A DNA stretch of 45,800 nucleotides. Source: Tubiluchus corallicola. Taxonomy: Eukaryota > Animalia > Priapulida. The position numbers were made by a program, and so were the translations under genes. The notes beneath the pieces were generated by a model. The model worked only from the letters and a program-made list of their open reading frames with translations, did not search any database and was not told the DNA's origin. This document shows, in pieces, positions 9,701 through 22,219 of this stretch. The stretch's first letter is position 1. Every line of letters begins with the position of its first letter. The stretch lies in contig JAQGDQ010001346.1 in NCBI GenBank assembly GCA_030141605.1, positions 1 to 45,800 of the forward strand. Direction: 5' to 3'.

Positions 9701-12700
9701 ATCCTGTACTTGTCATCTGCATGTTCTATTCAATTCAGGTTTTTCTCCTTGGTCAACTTCGTATTTTTTTGTAATCAGATGCTCGCTTGCAGAATTCACT
9801 GCAATTTCTACTTTTGAAGGAGTTATACTACAACGATAAGTTTTTTTTGCAAAGTTTAAGCAAAATTGTCCATAAGGTGGCCATTAAGAAAATTGAGAAA
9901 ATTGCTGTTAAAGTTAGCCATTGTTTTTTATTTTAGTTCTACAAAACACTTAGCAACCGCGCACGTGTTGGTTGCTACGGACTTGTCAAGAACATATTGA
10001 AGTTATGTTTAAATCCTATAGATGGCTCTTTCTGACGAAGATCAGGACTTGGCAACAGGAAAAGTCCAAAGCAAAATAACTGCTTCCAGGAGCTACTGTC
10101 GGAGTTTGTAAGTAAAAGTTTTTTACAATTGTAGTACCTGTTTCTAGCCAGAAAAGCAGGTAAGGAGCTATAAAATTAAATTTTTAGTGTTTCTTGAACA
10201 CTTCCTTGGTATTTTGATGCTAAAATGTAAGTCCAGTATATTTAGTGCTGGTTTTTATAAAATATGAAAAAGTGACATTGACCAGATTTTTTGGTCATTC
10301 TACTTTGAAGCATAATTACGTAATTTCAACTATGCCGACTTATGGACGGTATTGGTTTGCAAGCACATTAATATTAAATAAACAGATTTGAACAGTTCGT
10401 AAGACGGTCTTTGAAATGTTGTCATTTTATTGAACTTTACTTTTCTGTTGTCCAAACTTGAGAAGAATTACAAAATAATCACCCGTTTGCGCAATTTGTG
10501 TTTTCAGATCTGCTAACAACAAAAACTTGTCAATTTCTCCACAAAACAGTGTCCACTTTTCTGTGATCAACTAGTACACTGTAGCTGTACTTGTCATACG
10601 TTAAACGTTTTGTAAAAAACTACATGCGTTGTTCATTCTCATTGTCAAAATTTAATTGTACATTCACAACTGTTCATAGTTTTTGCTGTGTGTGAGTCTC
10701 TTCATTTGGAATTTTCTGCAATGTTAATTGCACGCCTCTGAAGCTGTAAAGACGTGTTGATACACAATCTAAGAACGATCAACAAGAATTTTGTGTGAAT
10801 TATTTTACTCCTTGTACAATATTCCTTGTACAAAAGCAGATGGAATTTGTACAAAAATGCAAGGAAACCTTTGATCTTATAACCCGTATTAGTCAGGTAT
10901 TTGGCTACCAATTAACAACTTTGCAATACACTGCTAGGAAACATACTCGTAAATAAATTTAAATTTTTCAGTTTGCTACTAAACATGATATCATTCTGCA
11001 TATATATATATCTGAATAACCACTTATGTGCATCTGCAGTTATCGGTTTGTGCTAAAGTTAATTATTATTATTATAGTCTCATCATATGAACACTGAAAG
11101 ATGCATCTGAGCTTAGAGAGATTTGCTTCAATATATATATATATATGCAACGTCTTGGCAACATTTCTAACTTTGTTAGAAACTTTATAGAACATTTAAC
11201 ATAAATCTTTCTTGCTTATTAATCTGTTTATTCACAAAGGCTGCTGCCATGATAAGTCTAGAGAATGTAACACCTCGTGGCTTGCCCGCTAAAACAGTGA
11301 GGGAAACCTTAGTGAGCACAAACATTAAAATATAAACCATAGATAAGAACACGTCACAATATATATATATATAGACAAAAATTTTGTTACTCTGTGCTAT
11401 CTAGAGCATATTTAAGTCATGTTTTTGTTTTTAGCAATGCAATCTGTATAAAAACATTTGTATTAGATATTGTACTCCAAAAGCACAGAGTTTAGCTTGA
11501 TGGCAAAACCTAATATAAAAAAGTCATTTATTCGGTTAGTTAGTGAAGAATTCAGCTTGTATTTGTAACTTGCACTTAGTGACAAAACTGAAGAAGTGAA
11601 AAAGAAGATCTTTGTGATTGCCTAGCAGTGTTCTGCATTCTAGACTGTCATGCTGCTCTGATCTATGTTTAAGTTCCTAATTAGTTTAATAAATACTACT
11701 TTATTATGTACGCATTTGTCTGGTTGCTAATATTATTGTAGCGTGTAACAGTTAGGTTAATCTACTTAATAGACAAGTTAAATACAGCCCATTTTTCTCT
11801 GAGAAGTCACCAGTAAAGGCAGTTGACATACACTACCTTATTCAAGAATACTTAAGCATGAAAAGGCTATATAAAAATTATATAATTATAGCATTTGTTT
11901 ACCGAGCATAATAGACTACCTTTCTTATTATTTATTTTCAGTGCATAACAGTAATTTCTACTGAGATTAATTACCCATACCTCTTAATTTGGAGGCATAA
12001 ATCTGCAAGATGCATAACGAGGAAAAAACACTATAGCTGCTGTTGCAAGATGCGTTGCCAAAAGTCAGTCATAGCGTGTGGTCAAAATAAATCTTCAGAG
12101 TGGCCAAATGGAAACGACAGTGGCCAAATTTTCACACTGACCAAAAAGAGGATGTTCACTGTGTAGATATATGTGTAAGTGTATGATTTGCATTGATATT
12201 TGATAATAATGAGGTCTGTCAAGAGGTGGAACCCCAGGACCTGGGGCACTGGGCCTAAAGCGAAATATAGAAAAATGTATGCTTATTTTTACCTTTCAAA
12301 TTGTTATTCAAGTAAAAAGCTTCCAGTGATCATTATAGGCATAACAGTAGATCCTCTTACATATCTACCAGGTTAGCACTGGCTTTGTGGAGGTTAATAT
12401 AAAATAAATTAACTATTCTTTTGTTTTAAATAAAGAATGTGATGAGTTTTTATTCCGCCATCAAATGAACAATAAATGTAATATTTTTCTTAGATCAGAG
12501 CCATCTAGTGGCCATAATGTGAATAACACCACATCTCCCTTTCTGGAGAATCTTTAAACTGAAAAGCTAAACTTGTACTAAGGCAAACTCTTAACTCTTA
12601 TATGTAAGTTTAGAACCAACTAGTAACTACAAGTATGTAACTGCAATGTGAATGCATAATTATGTGCTCAAACTCTGAGTACTAACTTAACTCTGAGTAC

Positions 12701-12862
12701 CAACAAGTTAACTTTAAAGATTAATGTTCATTAGCTTTAAATACAAAAGATTCATTTTAACTGTCAAGTCAGCAAAACATTCACTGTAAGTTACTCTATA
12801 TGAACTTTTCAAAGACAAAGGTTACTTAGTTTATATATCAAAAGCGCAAGGGGTAGGGGTCA

Positions 12863-13348
12863 TCATTTTTCTGCATTATGTTGCAAAGTGTGCACTGCTT
12901 TCTCCACCACATCATTTGGATGAGGATATTTTGGCAAAGAAGTAATATGCACAAAATTGTAGTTATTGGTAAACTCAGGCATTTCTGAGTTTACAAAGTT
13001 TGGAGCATTATCGCTTATCAAAGTGTCGGGTATTCCATGTCTAGCGAAGACTGACTTAGGATGTCGTATTATATTTGAAGCTGTTAAATCTTTACCAAGT
13101 TTTGCTATTTCTATGTAGCAACTGAAATAGTCAACTAGTACTAGATAATGCACTCCTTTGATCTCCTGTAAGTCTGCAGCTAATTGCCAAAGGCGATCAG
13201 GAGTTTCACTAGGCATTAATGGTTCTGCCCGATCATTTAAGCACTTTGCACATTTTGTACAATTTTTCACTAGAAATTCAATGTCTTTTGAAAGACCAGC
13301 CCACCAAATGCTTTCTTTTAATCTTTCACCACATTTTACTATACCCAA
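12863..13348 (-). pseudogene. Gypsy integrase (rve) fragment
   Basis: ORF track 161 aa with DDE-core motifs; the flanking pol sequence is frameshifted and has stops. Confidence 0.85.
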
Positions 13349-13474
13349 ATGTTCGTGATGATGAAGTCTCTCTAATATATCAAGTTGAATATTGTTTGGT
13401 ATGACTAGTCTGCTGTTTTTTAATAACAGTCCATCTTATATAGTGATCTCTGATTTAAACTGATAGTATGGTAC

Positions 13475-13990
13475 TTAAGAACCTGAAATCATCTGTTTAT
13501 CAGGCCATCCATTTTGAGTGTATAACATTACTTTCTCACACACGGGATCATCGTGCTGAGATTCTTGTATCCGTGCTAGACTGTTGTCCGTTATAGGAAG
13601 ACTTTCTTGACCAATATTGTGTAAAGTTTGGTCACCAGTGTTAGGCAAAGGAGCACGAGAAAGTGCGTCTGCTGTTACTAGCTGTTTTCCAGGAACGTGT
13701 GTAATTTTGAACCTGAAACGCATTAATCTCATTTTAAAACAAGCAATTCTCAGTGGAACATCGTCAAGACTTTTCTTCCCCAAAAGAGAGAAACCAAAGA
13801 AAGATGGTCGGTTTCGACTAAAAAAATCTTTCCCAAGGAGGAGTATTAGCGCCTCTTTTTCAGGGCTGTTGTCGATCTACTAGCATAACACACTGGTCTA
13901 AATTCGCTGTTTTGGTCAGTTTTGCAACAGTATGGCTCCTAAACCGTAAAAACTTACATCAGTTGCTAATTTAGTCCCATGGTCTGGATT
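13475..13990 (-). pseudogene. Gypsy RNase H / pre-integrase pol fragment
   Basis: ORF 13475-13783, plus an upstream remnant reading YNPDHGTKLATDVSFYGLGAILLQ followed by stops. Confidence 0.8.
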
Positions 13991-14139
13991 ATATATTATC
14001 AAATGAAGAATAAACGTAATCTTTTTCTTAGATCAGAGCCATCTAGCGGCCATAATGTGAATAACACCGCACATGTTCGCATTCAAAAGTTGCGACATTT
14101 CCTGGGAGGCTTCAAAGTCAGTACAGCATTTTTCTCCAA

Positions 14140-14255
14140 ATTATAAAACTTTCCTAATTCTGATAAGAGCATCAAGCATTTTGGGTCCCATTCTGTTGCA
14201 ACATTTTGTTTTGCCACTTTATTGTTAAGTTTGAAAAAATTCTTTCACAAATCAT
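14140..14255 (-). mobile_element. hAT transposase C-terminal dimerisation-domain remnant
   Basis: Minus strand reads ICERIFSNL, a frameshift, then KTKCCNRMGPKMLDALIRI; this fits the hATC pattern CERxFS...KTKxRNRL....L..LxRI. Confidence 0.65.
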
Positions 14256-14991
14256 CTTGCTCAGTACGAACTTGAGACAATGAACAGCATATTGTCCAAG
14301 GTCTTTGATAGGCTTCTCACCTGTACTGTACTGTACCTAAACCCAATGAGTTAAAAAACAATGAGTTTAACTACATTATTTCATATCTAGAAGAATTAAT
14401 CTTGATAAAACTATTAAACTAATTAAGCAATAAAAAATGAGAAAATTTGAAAATGCATTTCATGTTCTGTGGACAAAATCTGATCTGTGCAAAATGATGT
14501 CTGTGGCTGTAAATAAATTTGCGTGGCCAGGCAACCTCCCGAGCAGCCAAATTTTGGAAATTTGACCTTGTGCATTGCCACCTGGTAACCCCGGTGGCAA
14601 GAATGAGGTTGGCTTGTTTAGGTTGTTGCTGGATACGAAATCACGTTTTCTCTGCGTTGTTCCTGCCATCTAACGAATGTTTAGTAAACAGCGCAATGCT
14701 ATGTACCAATTTGCAGTCGCATGCTAATAAAGAAAGCTAAGAGCGGTTAAGATTAACAATTTGTTGTGTTTTGTTTCTCTCGGAAGGCTCATAGAGAAAA
14801 CCAGAAAACACGCCGTCAAATATTACTACTTTATTTAGCGAGAATTCTACAACGGAAAATTATGAAGGAACGATTACTCTAAACGCGAAAACCTGGAAAA
14901 CGTTTAAGTATATCTGAAAATGTAAGTATACAAGCATATGTCCGTGCGAGATCTGCATGTTGTGTGTGCTCTCGTGTTGGCGGCTTGCTTT

Positions 14992-15090
14992 GCCTTATAT
15001 AGCGTGCTGAAGGAACTTCCAGAAGTAATGTTCCAGAACATTCCAGATGGTAAGACGATCATTCCAGCGGAACATTCTACAATGTTCTAT
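14992..15090 (-). promoter_or_regulatory. Cluster of heat-shock-element-like nGAAn arrays upstream of a minus-strand TATA box
   Basis: TTCcaGAAcaTTCcaGA at 15031-15047 and GAAcaTTCtaCAAtgTTC at 15070-15087; TATATAAG on the minus strand near 14994-15001. Confidence 0.5.
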
Positions 15091-15347
15091 GTCATTCTAA
15101 TAGATGCCAGCAATCTCCACAACACAATTACACTTTGATTTTAATATGAAAAGTGCCCTCCAAACAATGCTTAGAATGCTGTCGTGGAATAATAATCAGA
15201 GGTTCTAATAGTGAATTCTAAATAGAAACAATGTCATTGTTTATTTGTACAGTGAATGCGCCCAAGAACCACCTCTAGTAGAGATAGTTGGGTGATTTTA
15301 GCTTTAAATGTTGTATCATTAAAGCGTCATAAATTTTAACATGTTAT

Positions 15348-15561
15348 GGCGCGTTCAGGTGTAGCGACTTCTCTCACAAATTGTTGCACAACGTCTCTCC
15401 AAGACAGCATTGTTCTGCGGGTATTATATTAATATATGTTACTGTTTCATATTAAAATCAATGTTCAATTGTTAATTTTAACTCCTCTCTCTGAGAGAAG
15501 TTGCCCAGCCATTCACACGTTGCAACAAGTTGTGAGAGACGTCTCTACGTCTGAACACGCC
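15348..15561. mobile_element. PIF/Harbinger-like MITE
   Basis: Imperfect ~40-bp TIRs GGCGCGTTCAGGTGTAGCGACTTCTCTCACAA and TTGTGAGAGACGTCTCTACGTCTGAACACGCC; absent from the paralogous region upstream of lectin 2. Confidence 0.7.
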
Positions 15562-15871
15562 GCGGGTCTTCTAAGTATTTAAACTTGTGGGTGCTATAAT
15601 GAGAGTATCACCTGTATTTCTTAGTTTTGTAATGAGTAAAAAGAAATAGTGTTATTAATCCAAAAAGGTGTTTTCGTCTGTGTAAATACTGGGCTCAGAC
15701 TCAGCTGTATTTTAGCAGTAACATTTTATCAGCTCTGTGTAAGTGCTGTGTTTAGATTCCTTTTCGTTTTTTGCTTTTTTCTGATTATTTATGTTTTCTT
15801 GTCTAGCTAGATTCCGGAATCTGTGAGTTTTCCTTTCGTAAGGCACTGCAGCTGTGGTTGTTTCTTGCACA

Positions 15872-15979
15872 ATGAATGTGGTCTCTTTGATCGGCAGAAT
15901 CCTGTTACTATCAGTTACTCTCAGTGGTGTGAGTGCAGGTACTGAAATGCGTTTTAGCGGCAACAGCAAGACTACACAG
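15872..15979 (+). CDS. C-type lectin 1, exon 1 (signal peptide)
   Basis: MNVVSLIGRILLLSVTLSGVSAGTEMRFSGNSKTTQ; donor CAG|gtaatt, phase 0; 108 bp, same length as the paralogue. Confidence 0.88.
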
Positions 15980-16059
15980 GTAATTAGTTTAACACTATTC
16001 GTTTTGAAATTTAACAATGACAGTAAATCAAGAAATTGGTGTCTTCTTAGATAATAGTA

Positions 16060-16630
16060 ACAATATTAACATTTTATAATATATCAAGGACCAAAAGTCT
16101 GGAATGAGATTTGTCAATCCGCAAAAAATAGCAGGTCTATTACTAGATTTAAAAAAATGCTAAAAAATCATATTTTAAGTAAGTATCAGTGAGCAATCAA
16201 AATTTCGATCAGTATCCATCCTCATAGTAGTTGCAAAACAGTGGTGTTAGCTTAATCAAGTTATTTTAATTTTACATACTATTAAAAAATAATAGTCTTT
16301 CTATCTTTTATATCATTCCATATATGAGTTTCATTCATTACATCATTCCATTTTAAGCACTAATGTTTTTTTATCACGATTCACTTTAAATTTTCAGATC
16401 TCCATTACTTTTTTTCTCTATCACTGTGTGGGACAATCTAACAAGCCCTGCTTTTTGATTGCCCACAACACATTTACCTTCGTGTATAAGTGAACAGTGT
16501 TTGAGGCTTTTCCTGTGCAGTATTTCTTATTTGTATTATATCCATTGTAGGCCCTTTCACTAGATATTGTGTATGTAACCACTGTAAATGTGTAAGGTGA
16601 AATAAATGAAATAAATAAAAATAAAAAAAA
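16060..16630 (+). mobile_element. 5'-truncated L2/Crack-type LINE in intron 1 of lectin 1
   Basis: 16082-16192 reads YQGPKVWNEICQSAKNSRSITRFKKMLKNHILSKYQ*, a typical ORF2 C-terminus. 3'UTR stem-loop near 16426-16472 and an AATAAA/A-rich tail at 16600-16630. Confidence 0.75.
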
Positions 16631-16756
16631 TATCTTTATTTACATGCTTGCCTGTGACTCGCTTCCTGTGTTACAAATAACCGTCAAATAACAATTTCAG
16701 GATCACTTGTGTGTTGACTTTTGGTTATTTTATGATGCTAATTTTTGTTTTTTTAG

Positions 16757-16949
16757 AATCAGGTTGTGTGGTGCTCTGCATGCTGCAAAAATGGTGGTGA
16801 ATACTATGATGGACACTGCTACTTGTTTCACAAGCTTGACCTTAACTGGGAAAGAGCTGTGATAAAGTGCAAAATGTCAGATAGCGAGCTGGTTACCATA
16901 GAAACTGATAAGGAAAATCAGTTCATAGTTAATTACATGCAAACGAATG
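16757..16949 (+). CDS. C-type lectin 1, exon 2 (N-half of CTLD)
   Basis: Acceptor tttttttag; YDGHCYLF..LNWERAVIKC....LVTIETDKENQFI; probable GC donor G|gcaagt, phase 1. Confidence 0.9.
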
Positions 16950-17639
16950 GCAAGTATTTTTAGTCCTCAATAATTTTTACTTTATGTTAAAAGTCACCAG
17001 CCTTCTGAACAACACTTACTACATATATGTATTTGAATTTGACCAGAAGTCTATTGTCGTGATGTACTCTGATATCAGGGTTACATTTTTCTGTTATATC
17101 AGTTGTTTAGTTTTTACATTATTGGATAATGATTGCTTAGTTTGTTGTCTAAATGAAGTGCATCACCAGATTGCTGGTAACACGACTAATCTGGGGTGAG
17201 ATTAAAAATTACAAAAAGAGATAAGCACTTTGACTATTTTTGAGAAATACAGCTTTAGTTACCAATTTTTTAAATAAATTTTGACAATATTAAGCAGAGT
17301 GATTACAATTCTCACTATAAGTTTTCTCACTATGCTTTTTTCGTTTGATAGTTTTTATGCAAAAAACTTTATTTCAAAAGTTGCAATATTATTAATCAGT
17401 CCCTTATTAACAGTGAAATAATCAATAAAAGATTTAATGGACGTATTTTCATTAAAATATGTATAATGAACTTCACAAAAATTACTTGACATGCAGTCAA
17501 AAAATGACCATCTTTCTATAAATGATACAATCATCGTGACGTTCGTGTAATAACTTGATTAGGATTGGAAATATGAATTAAATGAATATCTTTGGTAGCA
17601 CTGATAGTTTCTTGATCTGCATCTGGGTTATTAGTACCA

Positions 17640-17996
17640 TTAGTGTCGTAGGGCATATAAGCATTATTGATTACTGAAATGAATCACGATGGTAGTCATT
17701 CTCGTCTACGAATTTTAGTCCCTCAAGTAAATCAGAAATGTCTACTTCATACACAGATCTAACAGCACTTTTTCGCCTATTAGACTTTGCAGGTAATTTC
17801 AAATGTGGCTTGCACTTTTCCCAAAGTTTTGTTTGGCTTTGCTAATTTCGTGTGGTATGTAAAGAGATAGCATGACACTTTTCAAGGCATCATTAGAAGT
17901 GCATTGTGCGTAATCGTAGCAGTATGCTGTTATCTCATTAACTACAACAACCGTGTCCAGTTCTACGTCAATGGGCTCATCGGCTATTGTGGTCAT
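17640..17996 (-). mobile_element. Degenerate LINE (CR1/L2-like) ORF1 N-terminal remnant in lectin 1 intron 2
   Basis: VVVNEITAY...LYIPHEISKAK followed by a frameshifted RRKSAVRSVYEVDISDLL. Resembles invertebrate CR1-clade ORF1 from memory; unverified. Confidence 0.5.
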
Positions 17997-18567
17997 AGCT
18001 CAAACTGGTTCGAACTAGAGATCTTTCCTAGTCTTTGAACGAACTTTGAACTTTTTTGATCATGTTGTCTTTACTGAACATTTGCCAGTTTTATGTAGAA
18101 ATGTAGGTGTTTTTCACAAATAACTTCAAAATTCAGCACTTACCAAGATACCAATATTCATAATTGCATTCCTCATTTTTTACGTACAAGAAAATATAAA
18201 TTCCATTAACACAATTTTGCTGGAAAATCTCGTAATCTGAAAGCCCAAATTCGCATCATAGGCTGTATTTCAAAAGCAAGAAAGACTTTTGTAAATAATT
18301 TTGTTGCCTATTTGACTTGAATTAAGCTAGCCATTCTTCCTTTAATAATAACTACTCAATTTCGCATTCATTTCTATTCAGTTTATTGTTCTTCGAAATT
18401 TTTTCATTATCTTCTGCTTAACTTATGAAGCCTTTTTTTGGCTACTTGATGTTTTAATTTTGTTGAGCACAATCGGTTTATCTGCTGATCAGACATTACT
18501 TGTCGTGTTGTTTGCGTAAGAGAGTTGTTGTTCTATGTTAAGATGATGTCCTAATATTTTTGTGAGC

Positions 18568-19024
18568 GAGTTTCCGTAGTCGTAGCGATTTTTGTGGTCG
18601 TAGAGTTTCCGTAGTAGTAGCGATTTTTGTGGTCGTAGAGTTTCCGTAGTCGTAACGATTTTTGTAGTCGTAGCGTTTCTGTAGTCGTAGCGATTTTTGT
18701 AGTCGTAGAGTTTCCGTAGTTGTAGTGATTTTTGTAGTCGTAGAGTTTCCGTAGTCGTAGCGATTTTTGTGGTCGTAGAGTTTCCGTAGTCGTAGCGATT
18801 TTTGTAGTCGTAGAGTTTCCGTAGTCGTAACGATGATTTTTGTAGTCGTAGAGTTTCTGTAGTCGTAACAATGATTTTTGTAGTCATAGAGTTTCCGTAG
18901 TCGTAACGATGATTTTTGTAGTCGTAGAGTTTCCGTAGACGTAGCAATGATTTTTGTAGTCTTAGAGTTTCCATAGTCGTAGCAATGATTTTTGTAGTCT
19001 TAGAGTTTCCGTAATCGTAGCGAT
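18568..19024. repeat. 35/38-bp minisatellite (GAGTTTCCGTAGTCGTAGCGATTTTTGTAGTCGTA), ~12.5 copies
   Basis: Seen directly; paralogous to 25783-26224. Confidence 0.95.
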
Positions 19025-19126
19025 ATTCTTGTGTGCATTTTCGAGTCAGTCCAAATGTTTCCACTTTCCCCAAATGAAACTGGTCTCACAGTATACCGAC
19101 AATTATTTTAATTATTCTTTCTATAG

Positions 19127-19347
19127 GTTTCAGCAATTTATGGACAGGGTTAACAGATTTACTTGTTGAAGGGGAATGGAGATGGATTTCTAATGGTCAG
19201 CCTATGACATTTAACAGCAGTTGGGGTGATGACGAACCCAGCAAAGACGGAAATTGTGTAGAAATGAGATCCGAACTGCAGTACCGTTGGAATGATGTAA
19301 CATGCAGCTCTCAGATTCCATTTGCCTGTGAATCCGATGGTGATTAG
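19127..19347 (+). CDS. C-type lectin 1, exon 3 (C-half of CTLD, EPS and WND motifs)
   Basis: Acceptor ttctttctatag; FSNLWTGLTDLLVEGEWRW...WGDDEPSKDGNCVEM...WNDVTCSSQIPFACESDGD*. The spliced CDS is 522 bp = 173 aa. Confidence 0.92.
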
Positions 19348-20125
19348 ATCAAACTCTCACTCAATATCTAACATGAACTTGCATCGTCTACGCCTAAATG
19401 CATTTACACTTCAGCAGCAAATTCTGTATCATGTTCTTTTTAAGACACACGTGATGCACTTGTTAACATTTGCGTCTTTAGCTGAAAACAGACTTGCAAG
19501 TTACGCTAAAACTGAAACTGAACACATGAATGATAATCTTGAGTTTATATAATGTTTGCTTTTACTTTATCACTTGGTTTTAGTTAATTTATTAAAATGT
19601 TAAACACTCTTTTTCCGTGACTATTTATGTTAGCTGTTTGTTTTTTCCTGTTTTTAAATCGCAGTTTCTTTTTCATTGAAAAGAGCCACGTTTGTTTAAG
19701 GTTTAAAAAATTTGCAAGCAACATAGTAACGGCCTGTAAGTTTAAACTTTAAACTTTGAATTTAATCTCCATATTAAAGAAGCCTAGTGACTTATGCACT
19801 CCGATTTAAGCAGCAAAGCTAAAAACTGACAGTTGATAAAATGTTTTTCATAATCGCTCTAATTTTCTAATTTTTTGTGACACGACTTTGCACACATTAT
19901 GATGTCTTGGTTTTCTTGATTAAAATGTCTTTCACTTGAGAACTGTAGTTAACTGCTGAGGCATATAAAATAATTTAATTTTGATTTGTAAATATGTCAA
20001 TTGTTTAATATTTTATGTTAATGCATTATGTATTTGTGCAAGATTTGCTATTTTTCATCAAATAAATGTTATATTTTTATCTGTATCTTGCAGTTGAATT
20101 TTTGCTTTTTTAATATGGGCATTTA

Positions 20126-20563
20126 CCGTATTTTCCCGTGTATAAGAGACCCTTTTTTGCTCAGAATTTTCACTTTAAAAATAGGGGGTCTCTTATACAT
20201 GGGAGTAAGTCTTTTCAATAAGATGCATAAATTGTGACACTAATGATTTTAAAGAAATAAGTGCTCTACAACTGTTTTGCGTGTCGCGTTCGACTATGAA
20301 GCGGTTGTAAGCAATACAAGCATCGTGACACAGGCATTATCTCCTCGTTTTCTCTTTTCCTGTTACAGGTTTGCAGGTACGCACTTTAATATATACCAGT
20401 ACTCTTTTTCTACAACACATTAACTGGTTTTATTTTGTTTTCAGTACCGCACTGAGTTGAAAAAAGTTGTACTTTACCCTCTAAAAATGTCCGTCTGAAA
20501 AAACTTTTTTCCAGAATTTTTGCCTAAAAATTGAAGGGGTCTCTTATACACGGGAAAATACGG
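20126..20563. mobile_element. Tc1/mariner-superfamily (pogo/Tc2-like) MITE
   Basis: Perfect 27-bp TIR CCGTATTTTCCCGTGTATAAGAGACCC with TA on both sides (20124-25 and 20564-65); internal second copy of the TIR core near 20186. Confidence 0.9.
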
Positions 20564-22219
20564 TAATTTATTTAGCCAAAACATGGAGATTTTTTTCACA
20601 GCTGCTAATCCTTTGCCATAAATAGGATTCTACCTACTTGTTTCTTTTCAATATTTAACAAGGAAATATCAACAGAAAAGCAAAATTTGTCTGACAACTG
20701 TAGCAAACTGAGCAAGATCTGCACGAATCAGACACAAATCACTGTATAATGCAAACTAACCTTTTCTTTGTATATATACTCAAGTATTCATGTTTAGGTT
20801 TACTCAAAGAATACGTTCATTTTGTGAGCATTTGTTAGCATTGTTATAAGCTAGTAACAATGAATGCTGCATTATGTAACAAACTTTACACGCTGTCGTC
20901 TTGTCATGGACCACATCAAGAACAGAAAGAAACTGACCCAGTCCAATAACTAGCCACATTAAGATTGTGACTAAGTCCAAGTGCAAACCACAACTAAATG
21001 TACGTCACACAATTTATCACTTTTGTCATTATCATGTTTATTATATAATAAACCTTTTGTTTTAATGATTTTATGTAATGAACCTTTACAAGTCCGGTGT
21101 AGACAATGTATTTCTTTACTTTGTGACATGATTTATTTGGTACAAATGACATACAATTAAAAATGAGATTACAAGTCGAAAAAAATGAATAATAATGGGT
21201 TTAGAAAACCAAACAAGATTAAACATGATAATAATCAGTACTCTTAATTCTGCCCAATTTGTCTTCTGCTCCCGTTTTTAAAATGAGCATGACGGAAATC
21301 TTAAGTTTACCACAAAAGTCAAACAAAAACAAAATCGCCAATGCTACGATAAACATGCTGACTGATAAATCTTTTTGCTTTCTTAAAGTTGCGAAGTAAG
21401 TATCTTAATTTAACACCTCTTTACAGAAAAAAATAGCTTAGAAGTTTCATAACTTACGAAATCTAGCGTAAGTTGTTCCGAATGATCTTACGAAGAAAAC
21501 TGTTTAAAAAGTTTAGTGAATTTGCCCCTGGACATTAGGGGTGAGCAATTGACTTTCACAGTTTTTGCTTTGAGTTTTGGGACAATGATCAGTGTCTTTG
21601 TCTGTGCCATGTGCACACTTCTTTACACAACATACTATATCTTAGCACTTAGAATATACCAGTAGCCATAGAATGAACCAGTAGCATCGTCATTTGTTTC
21701 CTGTTATAGACATTAGAAGATGTTATGATGGGAGCAAGAGTACCATTAGAATGGCATTTCAGACAGTTGGGCCATTCCAGTTTAAGTCGCATGCTTACTC
21801 AATGATCTCCAACTGCCCAGGTAAGTTTCTTCCATGAAGCAAGGAAGCCAGCAATTCAATGAAGGTAAATGTTATGCATACTAGTTTAAAGATGAAATTT
21901 TAGACAGTATATAAAGAAATAGACTTATTTTATATAGCTGAAATTTCTTGTGTGGGATTTTTAATGTTTTAACGAGAGAATGTAATAATATGACTAATGA
22001 TCATAATTAAGAACTAATAAAAAATAAGATAAAGAAATCATGAGCTTCACGACAATGACTACATGGTGCGTATCGCATTCTCATACAACAGTGTAGCGTT
22101 AGACACAAACTGATGGGGCAAACTTAACAGAGAGTGAAGAAAACTGGTTTTTCAGCTGTAATTTTCATGTGGTGGTATTTTCAACTTTTGGAATGACAAT
22201 TACTTACATTTTCTATTAA

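Larger units (their letters stand above)
12438..14071 (-). mobile_element. Degenerate, internally deleted Ty3/Gypsy LTR retrotransposon
   Basis: RNase H remnant, the RIACFKMRLMRFRFKITHVPGKQLVTADALSR motif and an integrase zinc/core region (WWAGL..C..C, YLVLVDYFS, FARHGIPDTLISDN). Polypurine tract AGAAAGGGAGA precedes the 3' LTR 12533-~12438; a partial 5' LTR lies at 14071-13998. Confidence 0.9.

Noticed and set aside
18489-19073. Repetitive 194-aa and 106-aa ORFs, and the equivalents at 25705-26273
   Set aside because: The 35-bp unit cycles through all frames, and the ORFs are intronic and antisense to the lectin genes.
21710-21820. Exon-like segment with good AG/GTAAGT sites (IRRCYDGSKSTIRMAFQTVGPFQF)
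   Set aside because: It resembles a decayed RTE-type reverse transcriptase fragment and has no partner exons; too weak to call either way.
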